From Basidiobolus meristosporus CBS 931.73 (taxonomy: Eukaryota; Fungi; Basidiobolomycota), in assembly GCA_002104905.1 (NCBI GenBank), contig MCFE01000348.1:25434-89433 (forward strand): a DNA stretch of 64,000 nt, read 5' to 3'. This document shows, one piece after another, positions 50,801-62,583 of this stretch (position 1 is the stretch's first letter; every line of letters starts with the position of its first letter). Below the pieces are notes generated by a model that was not told where the DNA came from, searched no databases, and saw only the letters and a program-made list of their open reading frames with translations. The translations under genes were made by a program, and so were the position numbers.

Positions 50801-51950
50801 ATTGTGATCTCGTTGCCCGCGTCTTTACCTCCCTAAAAGTGGACAATATATTAGCTTGGTTCCACAAACAAACGGGCTCCAGCCAACAACCTTAGGCAGA
50901 ATGACATGGCATCGATCTGCATGAAATGAATTTCGGGTGAGCATTGATGGAATTGTTGGGATTGTGCAGAAATTCCCTTAATTGAAAATGGCTTACGAAT
51001 GGGTGAATTGGTGCGTTCTTGGATTCCAATAGGCCGAAATCAAACCCGAAGCCAACCTTCCCAATCGTCTCGAAGGCTAACACCAATTGCGTTAATCGAA
51101 GTACACTTGGTGCAAATTTCATGATCACCTACTAATTTTGGTCATCCATGGAGAGATTAGAATTGGTTCCGACTCGGTGCTTATCTCGTCAACGACGTTC
51201 ACCAACTTTTTGGCAAGCAATGCCATCTCGTGACCATAGGCCTGCAATAGGGGTGGCGATGAGTATTGAATCTCTTGGTCTCTGCGATGAACAATCAGGT
51301 ACCTTCATGGCAGCTGCTGAAAAGGCTGGCATCAGTAGCTTGTGAGCCAGCTTCCAGATTTCCTCGTCGGAGCTTGTTGTGAATAAGCCATCCCCACCAA
51401 TGGCTTTTACCTCTGCAAAAGGCAGTGTGATCCGCTTGGTGAAGTATTCGGTTTCTTGAGCAAAGAGCTCAGCTATGTCTGGATGATTGGTTATCAAAGA
51501 CCGTGTTTGGAAATTGAAGGTTTGAAGAAGTGGGGTATCGTATTCTCTGAAGAATTTGAGCAGCGACCCAACAATGTCCGGCAGTAGGTGGGGGATGGTG
51601 CCAAATAAGGGAACTGTGGGTGGTGTAGGAATCTCCCGACTTGAGACACCGCCGATAGTCAGGTAGACAACATCCAGGCCTGCAAGCTGCTCATAGGAGT
51701 TGAGCTCCTGACCATTTTTGTCCCGAAATTCGATATCCTCATGTCTGGGAATACTCATTCGCTCCCCGCATTCTTTTCTCACATCTTCCAAGCTCCCATC
51801 GGGCTGGATCCTCACGATGATTCCGCTCGAGGCCTCATCCTCGCCGGAAAACGCAACAACGAGAACCTTGGGGTCTACATGTGGACGGGGATCCTGTGCT
51901 GTGCTAGGGATCTTGGCCTGAAAACCTTCTTTCGAATAAAGCTCAGCCAT
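47846..51950 (-). CDS. Self-sufficient cytochrome P450/NADPH-P450 reductase fusion (CYP505/CYP102-like), multi-exon, with a 1-nt frameshift near 48123
   Basis: FLIAGHETT, KETLR, PDRF, FSTGPRACIG; FMN site LFGSNMG; RRYSIAS, AGTGVSPFRGF, FFGCR, YVCGS, C-terminal EDVWG. Confidence 0.95.
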
Positions 51951-53218
51951 GGGCGAATGCAATAGGTGATGCTTGATGCTCACACAGCACCCATTGCGCT
52001 GCTTAAATATGTTCACTGTAATGAAAACATACGGAGCAGAAAAGCCATCCCATCAGTTTACTATCTGCAGTTTTGGTTAATAGAAATGCGCACGCGACAT
52101 GATGGGCTAATCACAGTCCACCCCACCTGTAACTATTACTTCAATATGATTAGCCAGCCATCAGTGCCGGATAGGTAGAATAGGGCCGGAACGTCTGCCG
52201 TAGTTACCGACAAGCTTTGGCCCCTTGCCTTCCTAATTAAGTAGTGGAAGTGCGTCATTGCTGAGAGATGCTCTAATTGATGGGATCTTTGCTCCTCGTA
52301 GTGATTGGTCCCGGATAATAGATACACTGAACCTTAAGTGGGTGTTGATAGAAAGTGGCTCTACTAAATACCACCTATCCGCACCAAAGCATTTAAATGG
52401 TTATGCATATCGTTCATTGTGCTAGGAAATCCTTCGTTTTGGATGTAATATCTACTTGGATAATAATGAGATCAATGTTAACCTCCATGCTCCTCAATCC
52501 TGCTCTTGTTAGTTGCTAGTAATATACATTTGTTATTTTATTTATCCAATCATTCAACTGTAGAAATGCTTTTGAAATTCCAGAACTGTGATGTGGCCGG
52601 TTTGATGGGTTTAATGGCACTGTTTCACGGTTAATCCTCAGTGAGATATGACTTTGAAAACACTTTCCATTACACTAGTAATTTCTCATGATTTAACGTA
52701 ATTTACCCATGTAATCTTTGTAAGTAGCTGCTTAAACGGATTTTATACGTTCTGCCCAAACTTAAAACGAGCTTCGTTTCACAAAATTCGATCTATATGC
52801 TTAGAATAGTAAATGATTGGTGGGTATCTGAGCTGCTGTACTGGGAAGCCACATCTGTTTGTCTATCTACCCAAATGCCAGTTTTGTCATCTATTGGATT
52901 TTCCATCTTACTGGAAATGTGCGACAATTGTTGCGAGTATCATCCCACTAATTCGCCAGGTATTTCGAATGTTGCAAATAATTGTTGTTCCCCAAACTAG
53001 TCACCTGCTTGGGTCTTATATTGTATATATGGCGAATTTTAAGGAAAATTTCAACCCGTTTGAAATGACATAAGGTCGTGTGCACTCGTATTCAAACCTG
53101 TCATTATTGTATATATTTTGATTGGCGTCGGTTTCTTCATATATCATGATTTCCTCCTGGACCAATATTTTCTTAGGAACAAGTAGAGATTCGAATAAAA
53201 TGCATTAGTTTTTCCTGG

Positions 53219-53800
53219 ATGGGTGTCTTTCTTTGTTTTTTTTTCATATCATATTCTGATAAACAAGAATCTGAATATCATTATTTGTTGGAGTTGTTTA
53301 AAGCATCTTTTCTTAAGACTTACGAAGACCTTTTGGATGATGCTATCCAACAAGAGGAGCAAGAGGAAGATGAAATTGGCCTTTCTGCAGCAGACACCTG
53401 GGGAAGTATACAATGATTCCCGCGCAAGTGTGTATCATATGCTAAAAATGCCTTATCACTGGATTATTTCTTGTTCTTCCTTCCTTTAGATCACGTTCGC
53501 ACTATCATTCAGAGGGTTAATGCTTATGCAAGTAACATTGGCCCCTGGACTGATATTACATTTACCAAGTGCATGATGTGGGTTGCATTAATAACTGTAA
53601 TGACGGTTATCAGCCATTCAGACAAAAAAGCTTACTGGAAGCAAGGCTCTCAAGGAAGCCGCATCCCATCGGACAGGAGTTTAAGACTTCAGTAGACTAT
53701 CACACTGCTTGTATCCTGAGAATAGATACAGTGAGTGATCATTCGCAGAAGGAATACACCAGTGATCCTGGTATGTCCAAGTTGACTTCCACTTGTTAAG
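53219..53800 (+). pseudogene. piggyBac-like (DDE_Tnp_1_7) transposase relic, internally deleted
   Basis: LPLDHV..II..VN..W.DITF...MMWVAL..M and KPHPIGQEFKT..D..T.CIL; termini not resolved. Confidence 0.6.
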
Positions 53801-54546
53801 CCTTGGTTTCATTAGTTATTGCTGACTCTTGATTCGGATTCCCAAATATGGCAACGATGTTGGCTGAACTTGGTCTGTGTTCCATTATGCAAGTGACCAA
53901 GCGCTACTGCTGGCCATGTGGTATGGCCACCACCGATATTGCTGCTAGTGTTGGCAACTTGTATAGTGCTCACTTCACTATGAATAAGACAACATAGGGC
54001 GAGAGAATCGTTGTCTGCGCTAAACAAGCCACCATTCAGGCCCATACAGATTGATAAGCTCTATTCTCTAGTGTGGCTGAGATCAATAAGCTCAATCCTC
54101 TAGTGCGGCCAAGATCAATATACTCAATCCTCAAATTTCAACTCTGTGGTCAATGTGTGCATTGTACTGTGCAATTTACACGTCTTCTCTTTGCTGACTA
54201 TCAATTTCCAAACTTAGCATCATCACCCAATCTTATTCTCATTACGATGCTGTGTATGGCCAATGATGGGTCGTTGTTCGTATGATGATTTATTGGATCG
54301 TTGTTCGTATGATGATCATATTTCAGATAAATCGCTGGTAGGGAACGCTAATGTCGTTGTATATATCACTAGTGAATCCTAGTCAATGCTTTAGACACGT
54401 CAGAGATTCTTGTGCTACAGAGCAACTAGATCCATTTTGGTGCTGCGAAAGGTGCTTAACGATCTCCAGATATGGAAATTTGTTTGTATCCTGACTTTTA
54501 TTTAAGGACCAAAGCACTCATACAGAGTACCCAGATCTACTCTACC

Positions 54547-56485
54547 ATGCTTAGCACTCCAGTTGCCAGGAACGAACCCTCAGCCAAAACCATTGCCCAT
54601 CAAGAAGAGGTAGCCAGGAGCCTTCCATCCAAGGGCCAAACCGATTTCCAAGATGCCTTCAAGTATCAAGTTGCGACACCCGTCAGAGGCTCCATCGGCA
54701 AGCATTGGACTTTCGATGGGTGGGGCTTTGAGAAGGAAGAGGCGCCGCTATCAGTGAACCCTAGCCTATGGAGACAAGCGCAGCTAAACGATTCGTTTGG
54801 GCTCTTCTATGTATGCGACGGAGTCCATCAGATCCGTGGTTATGATCTCTCCAACATGACCATCATTGATGCTCCACAAGGCCTTATCGTGATTGACCCA
54901 CTCGCTTGTGATGAGACAGCGAGGGCTGGAATGGAGCTGTACTATGGCTCCGTAGGGAGAAAAGCTATCAAGGCCATTATCATAACTCATAGCCATGTCG
55001 ACCACTTTGGTGGCATAAAAGGCGTCATGCCAGAGGACTATAATCCGCTTGAAAAAGAAATTCAGATCATCGTGCCCGATGGCTTCCTTGAGCATGCTAT
55101 CTCGGAGAATGTCTACATGGGCAACGCCATGAGCCGCCGTGCCCAATACATGTATGGACCTTTCCTGCCAAAGGATCCAAAGGGCTTGGTGGACTTGTGG
55201 GTTGGGGAAGACAATCAGTGTGGGAACTGTGTCGTTACTTGATCCCACCGTTACTGTGAAGGAAGACAGGAAAATATTATCTGTGGCTGGGCTGGATGTG
55301 GAGTTTATGCTAGCTCAGAATACTGAAGCCCCGTCTGAAATGATCCTCTACTTTCCTACGCTTAGAGCCTTATGCATGGCAGAAGATGCCACGCACACAC
55401 TACATAATATATACAGTCTACGCGGAGCTGAGGTCCGTGATCCAGTTGCATGGTGGAAGACACTGAACAGAGCTATCTATCTCTACGGGGAAAGGTCCGA
55501 TGTGCTCTTTGCGCAGCACCACTGGCCTACATGGTCCTCAGAGAATATCATTTCATTTCTCTCTAAGCAGAGAGATATGTATAAATACCTGAGTGACCAG
55601 ACTCTCCGGCTGATGAACCACGGTTATACCATGATAGAAGTTGCAAATATGGTGAAGCTTCCAAAGAGCCTTAGTGATGAATGGTACAACCGAGGCTATT
55701 ACGGTTCAGTGAGCCACAACGTAAAAGCCATCTACCAAAAGCACCTAGGGTGGTATAGCTCCAATCCAGCTGACCTGAATACTCTTACTCCGAAGGAGGG
55801 TGCTGAGAAGTATGTTGAATACATGGGTGGGGTTGAAGCAATCTTGACCAAGGCGCAAAAAGCCTACGATGACGGAGAATATAGATGGGTTGCTGAGGTT
55901 TTGAAGCACGCGGTGTACGCAACACCAGAGGAAACTGATCAAGCAAAGGCTCTTTATCAAAAGGCAAGGCTTCTGCAAGCGGATGCATTCGAGCAACTAG
56001 GGTATCAAACAGAATGCGGACCTTGGCGCAATGAGTATTTGATGGGGGCATGGGAATTGCGAAATGGCGTCAACAAGACTCCTATACCTATCGTCAGTTT
56101 GGATGTGGTTGTATGTATGACGCCTGGAATGATGTTTGAATATATGGGGATCCGACTGAATGGTCCCAATGCCGAGGACAAAACAATCAAACTGAACTGG
56201 CACTTCCTTGAAGAATCAGATGAGGAAAACGATTACATGACTCACCTTGTCAATTGTGCTTTCATTCATACACCACAGGTCCAAGCCCCAGAAGCAGATG
56301 CCAAGCTAGTGTTAACTCGTCAACCGTTGGCTAAGATCCTAGCTGATCAATCATCTATTGAGGATGAGATTGAGAATGGTGCCATCAACATCGAGGGGAG
56401 CAAAGAGAAAGTGATCGAATTATTTTCCCTCTTGGATACTTTCAACACAATGTTTGATATCATTACTCCGAATCCCCTTCCTTAA
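54547..56485 (+). CDS. SdsA1/BDS1-type alkyl/aryl-sulfatase (MBL fold, dimerisation and SCP2-like domains), intronless, with a 1-nt frameshift at ~55195
   Basis: LWRQAQLN, QIRGYDLSNM, THSHVDHFGG, EAPSEM, HNIYSLRG, QHHWP, RGYYGSVSHN, C-terminal FDIITP. Confidence 0.95.
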
Positions 56486-56666
56486 AGCTATTGCGATTGC
56501 AAGCTATCCTTCCAATATCACTTCTCTATATCTATTTCAGTAACAGATATGAAATATTATTGCTGCAAACACAAACAAGCTTTGAATAAATAACATTCGT
56601 CAATGATAATCACCTAGATCATATGCCAGCGTGCAATAGTAAGATACACAATAGATAGCTTTTTCC

Positions 56667-57240
56667 TGTTGTAAGAGTCTAGGAGATATTGGAAGTGATT
56701 GAGAGAACAAGTAGATTATGTGATCTCACTTAATGATTTGTTGAATGTAAAAGAAGTATTGATACTTATTACGTGGTCTTGGCAAAAAACTTGTAGAATA
56801 TGTTTAGGAAGATCTCAAAAGCACGTGTGCAAAGTTTGGTGCTGTCTGGACAACTTTTAGAAATTCTGGGCACCTGATGTTATGGTGAAGATATTGGAAG
56901 TAAACCAACAAGAACTTTGGTCAGAATTCTCTAGACTTTCTAGGTAATCATTCAAGAGACCAAGCTAGGTAAATATTTGGGTGTAATGACAAAATCTACA
57001 ACACTTCACACTCAACTAAATAGTCAAATTAAATAGTCCTAACTGCAATCTAAGATATTCAGGTCTATCACTAGATAATGGTTTGGCAAATATGTCTGCT
57101 GTCATTTCATCTTTAGGATAGTGAACTAAGTTAGCTATGTTATTATCTAAAGCTTCACATATGAAGTGATGTTTAATATCTATGAGCTCAGTTCTAGCAT
57201 GAAGTTGGATTTCCACTTAATTGTATACAACCTTGCCTTA
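56667..57240 (-). mobile_element. Copia 3' LTR (56667-57003) with adjacent RNase H relic
   Basis: TGTTGTA..TACAACA termini; IDIKHHFI..DEMTADIFAKPL. Confidence 0.85.
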
Positions 57241-57968
57241 TGAAAATTTGTTTGGTCCTATTGGCCAATCCAATCCAGATCAGCAATTAGGATCCTGCAA
57301 TGCACTGTCATAATGCCAGCAGCTTGGAATTATTGACCTTTGTTACATTCTTATTATTAGGATTATTGAGTTGTTGCCTAAATATTCATGCTAACTTAGT
57401 CTCATAGATCTTATTCTATGATTAGCATTCTGTTTGGACTAAATTTCTAGTTGGGACTTCAAATATTTTCACCAAGTTCTCAGGTACCCAGATTATGACC
57501 TTTCTCAATGGTGACCAAAAGACTGCAAACTTTGCACACATACTCTGAGGACCATCCTTAGCAAGCTCTTTATGTTTGTATGTCTTACTTTATTAAAAGG
57601 AAAATTACCATATTTTTAATTAGTAAACATACAAGTAAACTGCACCTAAATCCTCTGGTTATCTCCATCATTTCCAATACTCCCCACAATAGTGAAACAC
57701 TCATGATATGATAGCAACAGTGTCTTGGTGATATCAACTGCTACATACATGCACATACACTGCATTTGACACACTCATATTACTTCAGATTTGTAGCTTT
57801 TATGGAGGGAAAGTCACCAAATACTGGTGCAATCTTTATTTACAGCCTAGACTAAAAAACATTAAAGAAGCCATCAGGGATGCAAGTCCTCTATACAATA
57901 ACTTAAAACTAAACCCAAAGCAGTATCACAAAGTGCATCAAAGCTTGGTGATACATTTTGGTGAAGTG

Positions 57969-58895
57969 TGTTGTAAGAGTCTTAGAGATATTGGAAGTGA
58001 TTGGGAGAACAAGTAGCTAATGTGTTTTTCACTTAATGATTTATTGATTGTAAAAGTTGTATTTATACTTTTACCTGGTTTTGGCATTACAAACACATAG
58101 AATAGGTTAAGGAAGGTCCCAAGAACATGTGTGCAAAGTTTGGTGCTGTTTGGACAACTTTGAGAATTTTTATGTTCTGGGTAAATATTCTAAGTAAATC
58201 CCAACAAGGAATTTGGTCAGTATTCTCTAGGATTTGAAGGTAATGATCTAAGTGACTAAGTTAGGTGAATATTTAGGTGGAATTACAAATTTCTACAACA
58301 CTCCCACTCAGCTAAATGCTCATATTGACTAGTCCTAATTTTGACCTAAGATATTCAAACTTGTCTTTAGCTAATGGTTTGGTAAATATGTCTGCAATCA
58401 TTTCATCTGTAGGACAGTAAGCTAAGCTAACTAAGTTATTCTCTATAGCTTCATGTATGAAATGATGTCTAATATCTATGGGCATGGTTCTAGCATGAAA
58501 AGTTGGATTTCTACCTAATTGTATACATCCTTGATAATCCTGAAATATAGTAATAGGCATTTTTTGACATAGGCCTAAATCTGTAAAAAGTTTTCTTAAC
58601 CACATTGCTTCTTTTGTAGCTTCACAGGCTGCCATATACTCTGCCTCTGTGGTGGAAAGTGCTATGGTTGATTGCTATCTTGAATTCCATGAAATTGCTC
58701 CTTTACAGTAAAGAAAGGTGTATCCTGTGGTGGATCTTCTGTCTTCTAAATTTTGTCCCCAATCAGCATCAGAGTATCCCACAAGATCCTGTTCTGAATC
58801 CTTATAAGTGTATCTTAAGCAGATATCAGCAGTTCCTTTTAGGTATCTGAAAATCCACTTAACTGCTGCAATATGATCAGATCCATAGTTCTGAT
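57969..58895 (-). mobile_element. Copia 3' LTR (57969-58300), PPT and RT/RNase H end
   Basis: PPT GAGTGGGAG; GYSDADW..DRRSTTGY, ISWNS, ARTMPIDIRHHFI, ADIFTKPL. Confidence 0.9.
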
Positions 58896-60470
58896 TTAGG
58901 GGAGGGAAAGTCACCAAGGTAGGTGAAATCTTTATTTGATTTCAGACAAGTCTAACTACAAATAAAGAAGCCAGCTGGGAATAGAAGTTTCCCAAAGTAA
59001 ACACTAAGTTGAATATGAATAAATCTAAGTCAATGTTAAGGCAGATACCAGAGTACACTGGAGTTCAGGTTCATGGGGGAGTGAAGTAGATAAGCTTGAG
59101 AGATATAATAATCTTTCAGGAAGTGGGTAACAGCAGGTGAAGGGGAGTTTTTGATAAGTGAAGTGAATCTTGAGAGCAGAGTTTCCTCTAATGAGAAGGT
59201 CTTGTAAACTGCAGAATCAGGAAACTCTTTAAAGGCATGGTCAGTAGGTTCCCAGAAAAACTGGTCAGAGACATTTTGAGAGAATTGTGTGGCTATACTT
59301 TTGTCAAGCACTACCTCCAGAGTGTGCTGGTTGATAAATCTCATGTTAACAATTTTGGATAAATTGTAACCTTGTTGCTAGAGGTACATCCTATGCTCAG
59401 ATATGGGAATAAACTCCACATTGGCAAAGTAGCAGACAGCCCAGTCAGTAGCAGGAGGTAAATCAGAATTGGCAGGAAACTTTCTTTTAGTCTTGGGAGG
59501 AGCAGGAGCATATCTTGAGGAAGCAGGAACAGGCTTTTTGACAGCTTCAGAGTATGAAGAGTGAGCAGGAGCAGGTGAATCTTGGGAAGTCTTGTTGACA
59601 GGAAGAGTTGGCACAGGGACAATAGATTCTTGCAGATAAGAGAAGGCAGAAAACAGCTTTTGAACTTGTTTCTTGAGTAAAGCATTTTCAGCTTCAACAA
59701 GTGCAAGCCTTTCCTCAAGGAAGGCAATCTGAAGGGAATGGAGTGAAGGCATAAGAAATAAGAAGAAGAGGGTTGAGTGGGGTGGGTGGGTGGGAAAATT
59801 AGCAGGGAGAAGAGAAGGAAGGAGCAAAAATTCCAGAAGTCAGAATTTATAGATGGATGGACCAGGGTAGATGGATGGATTTTTCCTTAGGGTTAGGGGG
59901 GGAGACAGTCATCAACAGGTGAAATCTTTATTTCAGTTGAAACAAAGAAGCCAGCGCTACTGTTGTAGCTTTGATACAAGAGTGTGTAGCTGAGGGGAAT
60001 TTGTAGGTAAGTTAATAAGAAGTGATGATAGTTCTTCAGTACTCAAGACACTCTTCAGTGGGAAGGGGGTAGCAAGAGAGGTAAGAATGACTTGTGAACA
60101 ACATTAATGAGGGGAATGTGATAAGGATTGATATTCATCATAAAGGGAGTGTGCTGCTGCAGATATTGCTGCCAAAGGTCTGTCAAGTACTTCAGGTAGG
60201 CCAGCTTGGGTTTTTCTGACTGCAGAATATAGTGAGGGTTAGGGTAGGGTGTAGGTGTTATAGTAAGGGCTAGGAAAAGGTTAGAAGAGCAGGGGGTCTG
60301 GGGGACGCAGTCCCCTAGAGAATAAAAAAGCAGGGGGTTTGGGGGATGCAATCCCCCATACTGCTCTTATACTCTTTAAATTCCCGTTGGATTACTTTTC
60401 TCTCATTCTTGGTTCTGGTCCCTTAGGGTTAGAATTCCTCCTCCTAACCCTTATCACCCTAACCATAAAT
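58896..60470 (-). mobile_element. Remnant of a non-LTR/Penelope-type retroelement: ORF1-like gene plus a repeated 3' module with telomere-like hexamers
   Basis: Coiled coil LEERLALVEAENALLK, then KIVNMRFINQHTLEVVL (59036-59827); 3' module aataaagatttcacct..ccccctaa at ~58896-58980 and ~59887-59960, and a similar one at ~57820-57900. Confidence 0.45.
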
Positions 60471-60874
60471 ATTTTTACCCTACAATTGGCACATTGTCTG
60501 CTCATATGGTGGGCATGTCTGGGCCAATATTTGTCTCCCTATACTGTCCATACGCTCTGTATAAGTCTTGATGACTATTTAATTAATAAATTGTTATTTT
60601 TAATATATATCTAATAATTAATGGGATTCATCCCAATCTGACCACAATCCCATATTTTGATAAGCTTCGGGCACCATAAATTGCGCGGCCCTAATATGAT
60701 AAAAAAATTCATGGCCAATACAAATTTTCTGTAACCCGATTGCTTTTACCAAATATAAAGTGTATCCAAAAGTTCAATATATATTATGGCTATAATAGAA
60801 ACTTTATTTGACACCATCGCAACTACTACTTATGTTCTATGCGCACATGTATCCCGCGGGAATTGTAAAACTTA

Positions 60875-61430
60875 GCCACGTGGTACAAAAGTGCTTTAAT
60901 TTTTCATCATGATAGTTTTACATGAGTTCCTAACGCACTTTGAAAGTACGCAGTAGCCATACCCCAACAGGTTTTAAGGATGTCCACTAGCTACGTCTAC
61001 TTGTGTCTAGCGGGAGTCATCAATCATCAGCCGCGCGGTAAAAAAGTGCTTTTATTTTTCATCATGATAGTTTTACATGAGTCCCTAATGCACTTTTATA
61101 GTGCGCGGTAACCATACCCCAACAGGTTTTAAGGATACCCACTTGCTACGTTTACTTGTGTCTAGCGGGAGTTATCAATCATCAGCCGCGCGGTAATAAA
61201 GTGCTTTTATTTTTCATCATGATAGTTTTACATGAGTCCTTAACGCACTTTCATAGTGCGCGGTAACCATACCCCAACAGGTTTTAAGGATACCCACTTG
61301 CTACGTTTACTTGTGTCTAGCGGGAGTTATCAATCATCAGCCGCGCGGTAATAAAGTGCTTTTATTTTTCATCATGATAGTTTTACATGAGTCCCTAACG
61401 CACTTTTATAGTGCGCGGTAACCATACCCC
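60875..61430. repeat. 155-bp tandem repeat, ~3.6 copies
   Basis: catcatgatag starts at 60905, 61060, 61215 and 61370. Confidence 0.92.
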
Positions 61431-61676
61431 CAGAAAGTAGTGTGGATGCTTACTTTAAACGCTCACTTGTGTATTGTACGGAATATCAACAAACAGCCGC
61501 GTGGGAATGGAACATCATAGAAAAGCATTGCTTTGTTGTTAGCAAGTATTGATGCGCAAATAGTGGTACTATGTGAATTATTGAGTAACTATTTACTCTA
61601 GTTGGTTCCAAGATATTCCTAGACAATATGCTCAAAATCAATATTAGCATCAATAGCTTGCTCTTTGATCACTAAA

Positions 61677-61715
61677 CCACCGCACCCAATATGCGGTGGC
61701 CTTGGTTTTGTCTAG
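61677..61715 (+). other. Helitron-like 3' end (hairpin followed by CTAG)
   Basis: CCACCGCA-7nt-TGCGGTGG at 61677-61699 and CTAG at 61712-61715, followed by C rather than the expected T. Confidence 0.4.
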
Positions 61716-61889
61716 CCGTCGAGGAATGAAACCAGAGTACAGTCACAAGAGAGGCAAAAGTGAAATGTGATGAAGTAAGTGTATATGAAAGTAATATAAA
61801 TCTACAGGACAGAAGAGAACAACTAGTAGTTAAACAGCACTCACTGACACTCCACCGAGTAGAGCACCAACACGGACAATAAACAAGTC

Positions 61890-62351
61890 ATGAGGGGAAA
61901 GCTTAAGGACCGCTACTCGGGGATCAAGACCAAAAGAGGAAGCTGCCTCTACCATAGCAGTCCTCGCGCTCCAAAGGAAGACCAAGAGTCTATTATAGAC
62001 AAAGATTGCGGCGAGAAGAGCAGTACAATTACCAGTTCTGGTAGTGGTACCTTTGGAAGTCCCGAATACCTGGAGAAAACTCGGAAAAAATTGGCAGATG
62101 ACTCAGTTGTCCTGAGGAGAAAACGAACCAATGCGATTGAGCAGTTCCGAAACGAACTTCAGCTTAGTTCTTCTTTGCCTCACTATAAAGTACTCCAAGT
62201 GGCTTATTTTGATTATAAGCGTATGAAGGAGAATCAGGCAGAGACTGATAAATTAAGTGATAGTCAATTGCATCACTTCTTAGATCAGGTAGAGAAACAG
62301 TCGCACAGCCAAGAGACGGAACAAGAATTGACGATTACAGAAACCAAATAA
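61890..62351 (+). CDS. Hypothetical protein
   Basis: 153-aa ATG-initiated ORF followed by AATAAA. Confidence 0.55.
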   Translation: MRGKLKDRYSGIKTKRGSCLYHSSPRAPKEDQESIIDKDCGEKSSTITSSGSGTFGSPEYLEKTRKKLADDSVVLRRKRTNAIEQFRNELQLSSSLPHYKVLQVAYFDYKRMKENQAETDKLSDSQLHHFLDQVEKQSHSQETEQELTITETK

Positions 62352-62583
62352 TTTTGCCAATGTAGTTTTGCATTTTAATAAAATAAAAGGGTGTTAATAA
62401 GAACAGAATAAAGTTAACTTATGTGTACATCAAATGATTCAAATACTGGCTAGATGGATGTTACGTAGGAGCAAGAAGCTCAGTAACCTCAAAGGAAAGA
62501 TATGATGAATGGGCCACCGACATCATCCGAATGAGTATAAAAGTGGAGAAAGGAGACATAATCCTTCATAAAAAACAAGAAGC

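Noticed and set aside
54264-54320. Short direct duplication (gtcgttgttcgtatgatgat / atcgttgttcgtatgatgat)
   Set aside because: Two copies only, consistent with simple slippage and no functional signature
60875-61430. Tandem array as a CRISPR
   Set aside because: Units are contiguous 155-bp copies with no unique spacers, there are no cas genes, and the context is eukaryotic
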